Shown one piece after another: positions 8,613-18,047 of a stretch of DNA of 64,000 bases. A program made the position numbers and the translations under genes. Under the pieces are notes generated by a model. That model did no database searches and had not been told where the DNA came from. It worked only from the letters and a program-made list of their open reading frames with translations. Each line of letters begins with the position of its first letter. The stretch's first letter is position 1. This DNA is from an uncultured Alphaproteobacteria bacterium (GTDB taxonomy: Bacteria > Pseudomonadota > Alphaproteobacteria > HIMB59 > GCA-002718135): positions 17,627 through 81,626 of the forward strand of contig CACIRR010000001.1 of the NCBI GenBank assembly GCA_902589095.1, read 5' to 3'.

Positions 8613-9377
8613 CTAATTTTTTTTCACTTTATTCCAAATTTGATTGTATTCGATAATACTTAAATTTTGTAATTCTAAATTTTCTTTATTTGTATATTTT
8701 TCTAACTTTTTCCATCTTTTTGAAAATTTTTTATTTGATTGTTTTAGCACTAACTCTGGGTCAAGGTTTAATTTTCTAGATACATCTAGCACAGCAAAAA
8801 TTAAATCACCTAATTCTTCTCGTATTTTTTTTTTATTGTTTATTTTTATTTCTTTCTTTAATTCATTCAATTCTTCATTAACTTTTTCGATAGCCTCAAT
8901 ATCATTTTTATATTCAAAACCTACAGCCGCAACTTTTTTTTGAATTTTGTTAGCTTCTTGTAAAGCCGGTAATGTAGCAGGAATACTATCTAAAATAGAA
9001 TTTTGTTTTTTATTTTTCGAATTTTCCCACCAAAGTTTGAAATCTTTTAAATTTTTAAATTTTCTATTTTTAAATACATGCGGATGTCTAAAAATCATTT
9101 TTTCTGTAATAATTTCTACAACATCCTTAAAATTAAATTTATTTTTTTCAGAAGCAATTTGTGAAAGATAAATTACTTGAAATAACAAATCTCCCAATTC
9201 TTCTTTTAACTTATCATAGTTACGACTGTATACTTGCTCAGATACTTCATACACTTCTTCAATTGTGTGAGGAATTATACTTTCCATTGTTTGTTTTTTG
9301 TCCCAAGGACACCCGTTAACTGGATCCCTGAGTTTTTTCATAACATTTAACAGTTTTGTTATTTCTGTTTTTTTCAT
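8613..9377 (-). CDS. mazG: Nucleoside triphosphate pyrophosphohydrolase MazG
   Basis: 254 aa with two MazG-type EExxE/ELGD repeats (EEVYEVSE...ELGDLLFQV and EELNELKKE...ELGDLIFAV). Confidence 0.9.
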   Translation of the reverse strand: MKKTEITKLLNVMKKLRDPVNGCPWDKKQTMESIIPHTIEEVYEVSEQVYSRNYDKLKEELGDLLFQVIYLSQIASEKNKFNFKDVVEIITEKMIFRHPHVFKNRKFKNLKDFKLWWENSKNKKQNSILDSIPATLPALQEANKIQKKVAAVGFEYKNDIEAIEKVNEELNELKKEIKINNKKKIREELGDLIFAVLDVSRKLNLDPELVLKQSNKKFSKRWKKLEKYTNKENLELQNLSIIEYNQIWNKVKKN

Positions 9378-9410
9378 AAAAAAAAGCCCTCTTTTAATAA
9401 AGAGGGCTTC
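9376..9410 (-). terminator. Rho-independent terminator after the small membrane-protein gene pair
   Basis: On the minus strand, a 10-bp GC-containing stem (aagccctctt, 4-6 nt loop, aagagggctt; plus-strand nt 9384-9409) is followed by a run of 8 T. It lies 17 nt downstream of the stop at 9427. Confidence 0.8.
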
Positions 9411-9426
9411 ATTATTATTAATTTAA

Positions 9427-9645
9427 TTATCTTCTAGCTAGCCAGTATAAAATACCTAGCACGATAATACCAACTAGACCGTTACCACCAAGGTCAGAAA
9501 CTAGTGCGCTAATATTATCAACTACTGCAGTACCAATAAACGGCACTGCTGGGCCAAAAATGATGCCAAGAACAACACTGAGTGGTATTATCACTAGTGC
9601 TACATCCATTACACCTCTAAGAAAACTTTTTGCTGAATCCATCAT
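9427..9645 (-). CDS. Small membrane protein, paralog 2 of tandem pair (72 aa, 2 predicted TM)
   Basis: An AAGGAG Shine-Dalgarno site sits 7 nt upstream. It shares about 40-45% identity with the upstream 76-aa protein (conserved VVLxIIFGxxVPFxG...AL...LGxxGLVGxI...WL). It is Gly/Ala/Val/Leu rich and noticeably GC-richer than its surroundings. Confidence 0.6.
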   Translation of the reverse strand: MMDSAKSFLRGVMDVALVIIPLSVVLGIIFGPAVPFIGTAVVDNISALVSDLGGNGLVGIIVLGILYWLARR

Positions 9646-9672
9646 TGCTTAACTCCTTTGTTTAAAGAAATT

Positions 9673-9903
9673 CTATCTACTACGATTATAAAGCCAAATA
9701 ATTACAGCTATTGAAATTAATCCAACTAGCCCTTGACTACCTAATTGTGCAGATAGTGCCGTGATGTTTCCTAGGATCGAAACTCCTAAAAAAGGAACCC
9801 CAGCTCCAAAGATAATTTCGAGAACAACAGCCGCTGCAATTAACATCAAACCAACTTCAGCTATTTGCCTCAACCAATTCTTAACAGTATCTAACATACC
9901 CAT
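9673..9903 (-). CDS. Small membrane protein, paralog 1 of tandem pair (76 aa, 2 predicted TM)
   Basis: A GAGGAG Shine-Dalgarno site sits upstream. It is paralogous to 9427-9645 and is preceded by the longest non-coding spacer in the window. Confidence 0.6.
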   Translation of the reverse strand: MGMLDTVKNWLRQIAEVGLMLIAAAVVLEIIFGAGVPFLGVSILGNITALSAQLGSQGLVGLISIAVIIWLYNRSR

Positions 9904-10113
9904 AATAACTCCTCGAACTTTAGTTCATCACGTTACTTAAGCTTTTCTTAAGTTGAGTTTCCATTATATTTTTTAATGTTTTGATTAATCTTATATTTTT
10001 ATAAAATTGTAAATATTTGAAATATATAATTTTTTTTTTAATTTTTAGTTGATATATTGTAATGAATCGATAAAAATGCTTGTTTTTATAATTAAAATAC
10101 TGAAAAATATGAA

Positions 10114-10500
10114 TTATTTTTTAAAAATACTATTAAATTTTATTAATACATAAACTAAATATATACTGACAAAAATGGCAGAATATATAGTAAAATCTAT
10201 AATTAAAGTTTTTTGAGCTGAAAATTCGTTGTAAAACCTAGAAAAAATAAGACCAATAGTTTGTAAGATCGAGGTGATTGTGATTATCAGAAATAAATCA
10301 TAATTTTTTTTTGGAGATTTATAAACTAGTAACAATCCAACAAATAATAGACCAGATATAGATGCGCCAATATTTCTTAGCCAAGCTATGTTTGTTTTCT
10401 CCGCTGCTGTAATTTCAGCAAAAAAGTTTGGAGCTAATAAAAAAATTAAACCATATAAAAGTGAAAATATTGAAATCAGAAGTAAGCTTTTTCTTATCAT
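10114..10500 (-). CDS. Hypothetical membrane protein (4 predicted TM)
   Basis: 128-aa ORF with four hydrophobic spans and no recognisable motif. Confidence 0.45.
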   Translation of the reverse strand: MIRKSLLLISIFSLLYGLIFLLAPNFFAEITAAEKTNIAWLRNIGASISGLLFVGLLLVYKSPKKNYDLFLIITITSILQTIGLIFSRFYNEFSAQKTLIIDFTIYSAIFVSIYLVYVLIKFNSIFKK

Positions 10501-10579
10501 TATTAAATTCTAGCTTAATTATTTAAAATATCTATATCTTTATTTATGAGTATTATATCAAATTATTTAAGAGGTAAAA

Positions 10580-10813
10580 ATGATTAGATTTGTAATTGTT
10601 ATTCTTTTAATTTTATTGATTTTGTTCATTTTAAGGTCTCGATCCGCTAAAATAGGAAATATCAGTAAAAAAAATTATAGATTAATAATAATTTCTATTT
10701 TGGTTTTGGCTTTCTTAATTGTTGTAGCAACCTCCGGCAGATTTTTGTTGCCTCAATTATTACAATTTGTCAAAATAGGTCTTCCATTTTTAACTAAATT
10801 TATTGGCATATAA
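10580..10813 (+). CDS. Hypothetical small membrane protein (77 aa)
   Basis: Has a gaggt ribosome-binding site upstream and two or three hydrophobic spans. No recognisable motif. Confidence 0.4.
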   Translation: MIRFVIVILLILLILFILRSRSAKIGNISKKNYRLIIISILVLAFLIVVATSGRFLLPQLLQFVKIGLPFLTKFIGI

Positions 10814-10814
10814 T

Positions 10815-11675
10815 ATGTATTTTGCAAAATCTGATTTACCCATGAACTCTGAAATGATTAATTTTTGGAACGAAAATGGTTATTTGATAATAGAGGATTT
10901 CAAAACTAACGATGAATGTGATGCTTTAATTGAGAGATCAAAAGAGCTAATTGAAGAACAAGACTTTAATAACCAACAATCCGTTTTTGATACTGTCAGT
11001 CAGAGTCACAATGATGATAATTATTTTTTAGAGTCAGGAGATAAGATCCGTTTCTTTTTTGAAGAAAAAGCTCAACTTGATGAAAGTAACTTAAAAAAAA
11101 ATAAGCAATATATTGTAAATAAAATTGGTCATGCTCTTCACGACTTAGATGATACATTTATTAATTTTTCAAAAAATAAAGAGCTTAATGAAATTTCAAA
11201 GGCTATTGGTTTTAAAGATCCTCTTTTGCTTCAATCGATGTATATTTTTAAACAACCAAAAATTGGTGGCGAAGTTGTTTGTCATCAGGATTCTACATTT
11301 CTAAAAACAGAGCCTGAGAGCACTGTTGGATTTTGGTTTGCTTTGCAAGATGCAACTAAAGATAATGGTTGTTTGCAAGTTGCAAGTGGTGGACACAAAG
11401 GTCCCCTGAGAAAGTTATTTAAAAGGGAAAATAACAAAATGAAAATGGAAGAATTATCAAATGAGCCCTTTCCCGAGACTGATACTTTTGTAGAAGTTAA
11501 AAAAGGAACCTTAGTACTCTTACATGGACGATTGCCGCATTATTCTTGTGAAAATACTAGCCCTCATTCAAGGCATGCGTATACATTGCATGTAATTGAC
11601 GGAACAACAAGGTATATGGATTACAATTGGCTTCAAAGACCAAATCTTAAACTAAGTGGCTTTAAAAATGCCTAA
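10815..11675 (+). CDS. Phytanoyl-CoA dioxygenase (PhyH) family Fe(II)/2-oxoglutarate oxygenase
   Basis: HQD iron-binding motif (VVCHQDSTF), distal His (HAYTLH) and PhyH-like N-terminus (FWNENGYLIIEDF). The start is moved to ATG 10815, 2 nt after the upstream stop, instead of the TTG at 10803. Confidence 0.78.
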   Translation: MYFAKSDLPMNSEMINFWNENGYLIIEDFKTNDECDALIERSKELIEEQDFNNQQSVFDTVSQSHNDDNYFLESGDKIRFFFEEKAQLDESNLKKNKQYIVNKIGHALHDLDDTFINFSKNKELNEISKAIGFKDPLLLQSMYIFKQPKIGGEVVCHQDSTFLKTEPESTVGFWFALQDATKDNGCLQVASGGHKGPLRKLFKRENNKMKMEELSNEPFPETDTFVEVKKGTLVLLHGRLPHYSCENTSPHSRHAYTLHVIDGTTRYMDYNWLQRPNLKLSGFKNA

Positions 11676-12612
11676 AAAAATTATTTTGGATTGTGATCCA
11701 GGGCATGATGATGCAGTAGCTATAATGCTTGCAATAGCGAGTGATGATATTGATTTATTGGGAATTACATGTGTAGGAGGAAATGCAACATTAGAAAATA
11801 CAAAACTAAATGCACTGAAAATTTGCTCTTTATTAAAACGAGAAGATATACCAATTTATGCAGGATCAGATAAACCATTAAAATATGATTTAGTTACAGC
11901 AGAACATGTGCACGGCAAAAGTGGATTAGATACAGATGGTGAGCCAATAAATTTAGATCCAAGTCATAAGATTGAAGAAATGAGTGCTATAGATTTTATA
12001 ATTAAAGAATGTAAAAATGCTGAAGAGCCCATTTATTTATGCCCTACAGGGCCTTTAACAAATATAGCTTTATGTCTTCAAAAAGATCCATCAATAAAAG
12101 ATAAAATTAAAGAAATAGTATTAATGGGTGGTGCTGCATTGTGCTTAGGTAATATCACACCAGCAGCAGAATTTAATATCTATGTTGATCCTCATGCGGC
12201 AAATGTTGTTTTTAATTCTGGTATTGAAATTACAATGATGGGATTAGATGTAACGCATAAAGTTAATGTTAATGATCAAATAATAAATTCTATCAAAACA
12301 AATAATAATAAAGCCTCTGTTTTCTTTGCTGACCTTATGGATTTTTATTCAAGATTTCATCAAGAATTATATGAAACAGGAGATTGCCCACTTCATGATC
12401 CTTGCGTAATTGCCTACCTAATCGACAATGAAATATTCAAAGGAAAAAAAGTTCATGTTCAAGTAGAAGAAAACTCGGATTTAACTAGAGGTGAAACAGT
12501 TGTGGATTGGTTAGGAGTCAAAAAACTTAATCCCAATTGTAATGTTATAACTGAAGCTGACTCTGATAGATTTTTTAAAATTTTAAAAAAAGAACTAGCT
12601 AAACTAAACTAA
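11668..12612 (+). CDS. Nucleoside hydrolase (inosine-uridine preferring, IUNH family)
   Basis: N-terminal DCDPGHDDAVAI aspartate cluster signature. The ATG at 11668 gives the typical MPKKIILDCDPG start and overlaps the PhyH stop by 8 nt. Confidence 0.9.
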   Translation: MPKKIILDCDPGHDDAVAIMLAIASDDIDLLGITCVGGNATLENTKLNALKICSLLKREDIPIYAGSDKPLKYDLVTAEHVHGKSGLDTDGEPINLDPSHKIEEMSAIDFIIKECKNAEEPIYLCPTGPLTNIALCLQKDPSIKDKIKEIVLMGGAALCLGNITPAAEFNIYVDPHAANVVFNSGIEITMMGLDVTHKVNVNDQIINSIKTNNNKASVFFADLMDFYSRFHQELYETGDCPLHDPCVIAYLIDNEIFKGKKVHVQVEENSDLTRGETVVDWLGVKKLNPNCNVITEADSDRFFKILKKELAKLN

Positions 12613-13510
12613 ATTTTTTTGCAATTTTGCCCGCTAACAAAGCGTTATTAACAATTAAAGCTGAATTTGCCTCTAAAGATTTATTTTTAGAAAGAGAGTT
12701 AATTTCTGAAATCAAAAATGGAGTCACATCTTTTCCCGTAACATTTAATTGTTTAGCCTTATCAATTGATAGCTTTATCCAATTTTGAATGATATTTTTA
12801 TCAATTGCTTTTTCCTTTGGTACTTTATTAAATATTAAGACTGATGATTGATGTTCGTAATCTTCTAGAATTTTTAAATAGTTTGCAATGTCATTAATAC
12901 TAATAAAATTTTTATCTACTTTAAAGTCAGTTTCTTCATACCAAAATCCTGGCATGAAATCTGAGTTATATGCAATTCTAGGTATTCCAAAAGTCTCTAA
13001 CTTTTCAAAAGTTTTTTCTAAATCTAAAATTGATTTTGCCCCACTTGATATAACAAACATTTTGTTTCTGCTAAGTTGAGTCAAATCTGCTGAAACATCA
13101 CTATTTTTTTCTGCACCTAAATGTACACCACCAATTCCACCAGTGGCAAAAAAATTAATTCCAACTTTAGAGGCGATACTTATTGTGGTAGCCACTGTTG
13201 TTGCCGCATGTTTTTTTTCATAAATGGATAAAGATATGTTGTGCAGAGATACTTTGTCTATATTTGTGCTAGTAGCTAAAATATTTATCTCTTCATCATT
13301 TAAACCTATTTTAATTTCACCATTAATGATGCCAATTGTAGCAGCAACAGATCCGCTTTCTTCAACAGCTTTTATCGAGTCATTAGCAACTTTTATATTT
13401 TCAGGGTAGGGAAGACCATGACTAATTAATGTACTTTCTAATGCTACTAGAGGTTTGCCTTCATTTATTGCATTGCTTACTTTGGGATCTATTTTAAATT
13501 TACTAAACAT
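12599..13510 (-). CDS. psuG: Pseudouridine-5'-phosphate glycosidase
   Basis: 303 aa with ALESTLISHGLPYPEN and GGIGGVH motifs characteristic of PsuG/YeiN. Confidence 0.9.
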   Translation of the reverse strand: MFSKFKIDPKVSNAINEGKPLVALESTLISHGLPYPENIKVANDSIKAVEESGSVAATIGIINGEIKIGLNDEEINILATSTNIDKVSLHNISLSIYEKKHAATTVATTISIASKVGINFFATGGIGGVHLGAEKNSDVSADLTQLSRNKMFVISSGAKSILDLEKTFEKLETFGIPRIAYNSDFMPGFWYEETDFKVDKNFISINDIANYLKILEDYEHQSSVLIFNKVPKEKAIDKNIIQNWIKLSIDKAKQLNVTGKDVTPFLISEINSLSKNKSLEANSALIVNNALLAGKIAKKFSLV

Positions 13511-14411
13511 TTAAATCTTCTTTTTGAATTTTAGTTTTATTTATAATTTTTTTTATATCAACTTCTTTAAACTTAGTATTTTTTTTACTTTTAGCATGCA
13601 CAGTTCCAGTAGCCACACCTAATGAAAGAGATTTTTCTAATGATAAATTTTTATATCGATAATAAATATAACTTCCAGCCATAGCATCACCTGCTCCATT
13701 TTCATTTAAGACTTTAATTTTAGGTGGTTTAACAGAAATAAATTTGGATAATTCATATCCATATGTTTTATTTGAACCATCAGAAACTACCAAATTAATA
13801 ATAGGGTTTTTTTTAATAATATATTTTATAGACTTATGAATATCTCGAATATTGGTTAACTTAAACAATTCTTCTTTATTCAGTATTAAACAATCTATTT
13901 TATTTAAATAACTTTTTATTTTATTAATTTTAAATGGTGAGGTACCACATATAATTATTCTGTTATTTTTATAATATTTTTCAATTATTTTTTTTGTTAA
14001 TATTTCTGAAAAATTTAAATCGATTATCACATGCTTTTCCCTTAATCTAAAATTTATTGATTTTACCGTACATTGTTCATAAGCGTCAGTATTTGCTATG
14101 CCTAGTTGTAATTCTTTAAATTTATTTAATAAAACAGCATAATATCTTTTTTGAATCTTTTTATTAAAAGTAAAAAAATTAATATTATTTTTTTTTAAGT
14201 AATTTATCGTTTCAATATCTGAATTAATTGAAACTAATGAAACTTTTTCCTTGCATGCTATCACTTTTGCAACATTATGAGCAACACCGCCAAAGCTTTC
14301 ATAATGTTTAACAGGATTTGTTCTAAATTTGATTAAATGATTTTTTAATTCAAAAACAAAATCTTGATGAACGGCTCCAAAAAATATAAAATTATTATAA
14401 ATTTGTTTCAT
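13503..14411 (-). CDS. psuK: PfkB-family sugar/nucleoside kinase, probable pseudouridine kinase
   Basis: PfkB C-terminal motif (NENGAGDAMAGS). It overlaps psuG by 8 nt, mirroring the psuK-psuG pairing in other bacteria. Confidence 0.7.
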   Translation of the reverse strand: MKQIYNNFIFFGAVHQDFVFELKNHLIKFRTNPVKHYESFGGVAHNVAKVIACKEKVSLVSINSDIETINYLKKNNINFFTFNKKIQKRYYAVLLNKFKELQLGIANTDAYEQCTVKSINFRLREKHVIIDLNFSEILTKKIIEKYYKNNRIIICGTSPFKINKIKSYLNKIDCLILNKEELFKLTNIRDIHKSIKYIIKKNPIINLVVSDGSNKTYGYELSKFISVKPPKIKVLNENGAGDAMAGSYIYYRYKNLSLEKSLSLGVATGTVHAKSKKNTKFKEVDIKKIINKTKIQKEDLNV

Positions 14412-14430
14412 ATAAATATATACCAGTAAT

Positions 14431-17400
14431 ATGTCAGTTTTTAATGAACAGCCACCTTTAATTAATGTTAAAAAATTTTCCTTATGGTTAAAAAATAATT
14501 ATCCTTTTTTAAAAACAAAGAATTTCAAATTAATAAGATTAAATAGCGAAAGAGATATAAATTTTGTTATTAAATTTAATGAAAATAAAAAATATGTTGT
14601 TAAGATTTCTAACCCCAAAGAGTCTTTAAAGCAGTTAGAATATCAGGATTTATTAATTCAGCATTTACGATCTAATAGACAATTAAAAGAAATCTATCCA
14701 AAAATTCTGCATAAAAAAATTTTATTTTATGAAGATAACAAAAATAGAGTTTGTGCAGTTAGGTTATTGACTTACATAAATGGAAATATGTATGCAAAAT
14801 CAAAAATTAATACTTCTATAGAAAAATCATTAGGTAAATTATTGGCTATACAATCTAAACAGTTAAATAGTTTTATGCATTCTCAAGCAATGCGAATTTT
14901 TGACTGGGATCCCTCAAATATCATATGGGTTAAAAAATTTTTGAGTTTATTTAGTGGGTTCAAAAAAGATGTAATTATTGAGTCAATAAAACAACATGAA
15001 CTATTTGTTCAAAAAAATAAAAAGAACTTAAAACATTCTGTTACTCACGGAGATCCTAATGACTATAATATAGTTGTTAAAAATGAAAAAATAGTTGGCT
15101 TGATTGATTTTGGTGACTCAATTTATGCACCTTCAATAAATGATCTTGCAATTGCACTTTCGTATTCTTTAACGCAAAGTCAAAATTTATTTGATACTCT
15201 CAATAATATAGTTGGCTCTTACAATAAAATTTATCCCATTAATGATTATGAAATCTACTCATTGTTTAGTCTTATAAAATCACGCCTAGTAATTACGCTT
15301 GTAATGGCTGCTAAACAAAGAAAGAAATATCCAGACAATAGATATCTAAGTATTAGTGAAAAAAATGCATGGTTGTTAATTTTTAAACTCAATAAAATTG
15401 ATCCTTATTTTTTTATTGCTGTAATCAGAAGTATTTGCAATAAAGAACCTATAGGTAATTTTAGTCAAAAACTTGATCTTTTGAAAAGTCAAAAATTTGG
15501 AAATATTTTTGATTTTGATCTAAATGATGTGAATAAAAAAATTGTTAACTTTGATAAAAGCAGTATTTTACTTAAATCAAATCCCTCAAACTTTAGACTT
15601 AATAACCTAGTCAAAAAATTTTTAAAAAACGATATTGGTATTGGTTTATATAAAGAAAAAAGAAAAGTTTATAAAAGTAATCATTATATCTCTTCACTTA
15701 ATTCCTCTAAAAGAAGAGATATTCATTTAGGCATAGATATTTTTATTGATGAAACAACTCCTATTAGAGCACCTTTAAGTGGAAAAGTAGTAATTTTACA
15801 TAATAATGATTTTAAATATGATTACGGACCTACGGTAATTTTAGAGCATAAAATTAGTATTTATAAGTTTTATACCTTGTATGGTCATTTATCAAAAAAA
15901 TGTTTGAAGAAATTAAAAGTTGGACAGTCTATTAATAAGGGAGACTGGATAGGTGAAATTGGAGGCTATAACGTTAATGGCAATTGGCCCCCACATTTGC
16001 ATTTTCAAATTATGACATCACTATTAAGTGAAGTTGATAATTTCCCTGGAGTAGGTGAAGAATATTTGCTCAAGATTTGGGAGCAAATTTCACCTGATCC
16101 AAACATCATACTAAAAATTCCTAAAACTTTTTTTACTAACAAATCTAAAATCCTAAATGTTTTATCAAAAAGAAAAAAGAACATAGGTCTTAACTTATCA
16201 ATCTCATATGAAAAACCACTCCATATGCTTGAGGCAAAAGATCAATACTTTTATGATGAGAATGGTAGAAAATATTTAGATTGTGTTAATAATATTTCAC
16301 ATGTTGGGCACTCAAATAGCTATGTTCATGAAGCTCTTGTAAATCAAAATCTTAAATTGAATACTAATACTCGGTACCTTTATGATATTATTAATGAATA
16401 TAGTGAGCGAATATTAAAAACTTTTCCAAAAAAATTAAACAGAATATTTTTTGTTTGTACAGGTTCAGAAGCCAATGATTTAGCATTACGAATTGCAAAT
16501 AATTATACAAAGGCAAATCACATCCTCGTGATGGATAATGCCTATCATGGTCATACTAATTCTCTGATAAACATCAGTCCCTACAAATTTAATAGTAAAG
16601 GGGGTGAAGGTAAAAAAGATAATATCCACATCTTAAGGATGCCAGATGAAATAAGAGGAAAATGGAATGCTAAAAATTCTAAATGGATAAATAACTATAC
16701 TAACGAGGCATTAGAATTTATCAATGAAATGTTCTTAAAAAAATATTCTTTATCAAGTTTTTTTTTCGAGAGTATATTAGGATGTGGTGGTCAAGTTGTA
16801 TTGCCCAAAGGATATCTTAAAAAAATTGTTAAATTAGTTAGAAAAAATAATGGTTTATGCATTGCCGATGAAGTACAAACTGGTTTTGGGAGAGTGGGTA
16901 ATTATTTCTGGGCATTTGAGGAGCATGGCATTGTTCCTGATATAGTCACCTTAGGCAAACCTATGGGTAATGGACACCCTATTGCAGCAGTTGTAACTAC
17001 TGAAAAAATTGCAAAAAGTTTTAATAATGGAATGGAATATTTTAATTCTTTTGGTGGTAATCCAGTTTCTTGTGCAGTTGGTAATGCCGTTCTTGATGTA
17101 ATTCAGAAACAAAATTTACAAAAAAATGCAAAAAAAGTTGGTAATTATTTTATAAATAAACTTCAAAATATCAAAAAAAAATTCCCAAAGTATATTAGTA
17201 AAATTAGTGGAAGGGGGCTTTTTATTGGTATTGACTTGATTGAAAATTCAAATTTTGACTTACCTAATCAAAAACTTGCAACAAAATTAATCAATAACTT
17301 AAGATTAAAGGGCATTCTTTTGAGCACTGATGGCCCGTATAATAATGTAATCAAAATTAAACCACCATTAGTTTTCAACAAAGATAATGTTGATTATGTT

Positions 17401-17445
17401 TGTAGTGAGATAAATAATTTTTTACTGCATGAAAATAAAAAATAA
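14431..17445 (+). CDS. Three-domain fusion: aminoglycoside-phosphotransferase/hydroxylysine-kinase-like domain + M23 peptidase domain + class-III aminotransferase-fold (phospho-lyase-like) domain
   Basis: Kinase catalytic loop HGDPNDYN (H206-N213) and DFGD. M23 zinc motifs HLGID (H432-D436) and HLH (H522-H524). Class-III PLP domain has [17 protein letters not shown] and a lysine in [12 protein letters not shown] (K843), closely resembling the ETNPPL/PHYKPL family signature. Confidence 0.85.
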   Translation: MSVFNEQPPLINVKKFSLWLKNNYPFLKTKNFKLIRLNSERDINFVIKFNENKKYVVKISNPKESLKQLEYQDLLIQHLRSNRQLKEIYPKILHKKILFYEDNKNRVCAVRLLTYINGNMYAKSKINTSIEKSLGKLLAIQSKQLNSFMHSQAMRIFDWDPSNIIWVKKFLSLFSGFKKDVIIESIKQHELFVQKNKKNLKHSVTHGDPNDYNIVVKNEKIVGLIDFGDSIYAPSINDLAIALSYSLTQSQNLFDTLNNIVGSYNKIYPINDYEIYSLFSLIKSRLVITLVMAAKQRKKYPDNRYLSISEKNAWLLIFKLNKIDPYFFIAVIRSICNKEPIGNFSQKLDLLKSQKFGNIFDFDLNDVNKKIVNFDKSSILLKSNPSNFRLNNLVKKFLKNDIGIGLYKEKRKVYKSNHYISSLNSSKRRDIHLGIDIFIDETTPIRAPLSGKVVILHNNDFKYDYGPTVILEHKISIYKFYTLYGHLSKKCLKKLKVGQSINKGDWIGEIGGYNVNGNWPPHLHFQIMTSLLSEVDNFPGVGEEYLLKIWEQISPDPNIILKIPKTFFTNKSKILNVLSKRKKNIGLNLSISYEKPLHMLEAKDQYFYDENGRKYLDCVNNISHVGHSNSYVHEALVNQNLKLNTNTRYLYDIINEYSERILKTFPKKLNRIFFVCTGSEANDLALRIANNYTKANHILVMDNAYHGHTNSLINISPYKFNSKGGEGKKDNIHILRMPDEIRGKWNAKNSKWINNYTNEALEFINEMFLKKYSLSSFFFESILGCGGQVVLPKGYLKKIVKLVRKNNGLCIADEVQTGFGRVGNYFWAFEEHGIVPDIVTLGKPMGNGHPIAAVVTTEKIAKSFNNGMEYFNSFGGNPVSCAVGNAVLDVIQKQNLQKNAKKVGNYFINKLQNIKKKFPKYISKISGRGLFIGIDLIENSNFDLPNQKLATKLINNLRLKGILLSTDGPYNNVIKIKPPLVFNKDNVDYVCSEINNFLLHENKK

Positions 17446-18021
17446 GCCATAAAATAGCATTAGAAATCCCATTATATTATCAATGTAAAACCATATTTTT
17501 TTTGATTGTGTGTATTTAGATAAATAATTTGAAAAATAACCAATACTAAAAAAAAATATAAAACTTGAAAATATTGCACCTAATCCAAAATATATTTTGT
17601 CATCAAAATTTACAGAAATAGAGCCTAAAAGAACTACAGTATCTAAGTATACATGAGGGTTAGCGTAAGTAATAGCTAGAGTAGTAAATACCACTTTAGC
17701 AAAACTTGCTCTGCCATATTCTTTCGTATCAAAAAATTGATTTCTTGAGTTCTTTATTTTATTTATTCCGTATAAAATTAACCAAATTCCTCCAATTATT
17801 TTCATCATTGTAACTGTAAAGTTATTCAAACTTAAAACACTATTTGAAAGATAAATTCCACATATAATAAGTAGACTATCAGACAAACTACAAATTAAGA
17901 CAACTGCAAATGTATAATTTTTTTTTAATCCTTGGTTAATTACAAATAAATTTTGAGGACCTATTGCAACTATTAAAGTCATTCCAATTATAAATCCTTG
18001 AATAAAATCTGATATACTCAT
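17422..18021 (-). CDS. LysE/ArgO family amino-acid exporter
   Basis: 199 aa. The N-terminus GFIIGMTLIVAIGPQNLFVINQG is typical of LysE/ArgO. Its 3' end overlaps the convergent fusion gene by 24 nt. Confidence 0.85.
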   Translation of the reverse strand: MSISDFIQGFIIGMTLIVAIGPQNLFVINQGLKKNYTFAVVLICSLSDSLLIICGIYLSNSVLSLNNFTVTMMKIIGGIWLILYGINKIKNSRNQFFDTKEYGRASFAKVVFTTLAITYANPHVYLDTVVLLGSISVNFDDKIYFGLGAIFSSFIFFFSIGYFSNYLSKYTQSKKIWFYIDNIMGFLMLFYGLFFIFMQ

Positions 18022-18047
18022 ATTGTAAAAAAAATATATTACACTAA

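Noticed and set aside
10803-10814. Upstream non-ATG starts proposed by the ORF track: TTG 10803, GTG 11656 and TTG 35323.
   Set aside because: In each case an ATG a few codons downstream gives the family-typical N-terminus and removes or shortens the overlap with the upstream gene. The choice remains unverified.
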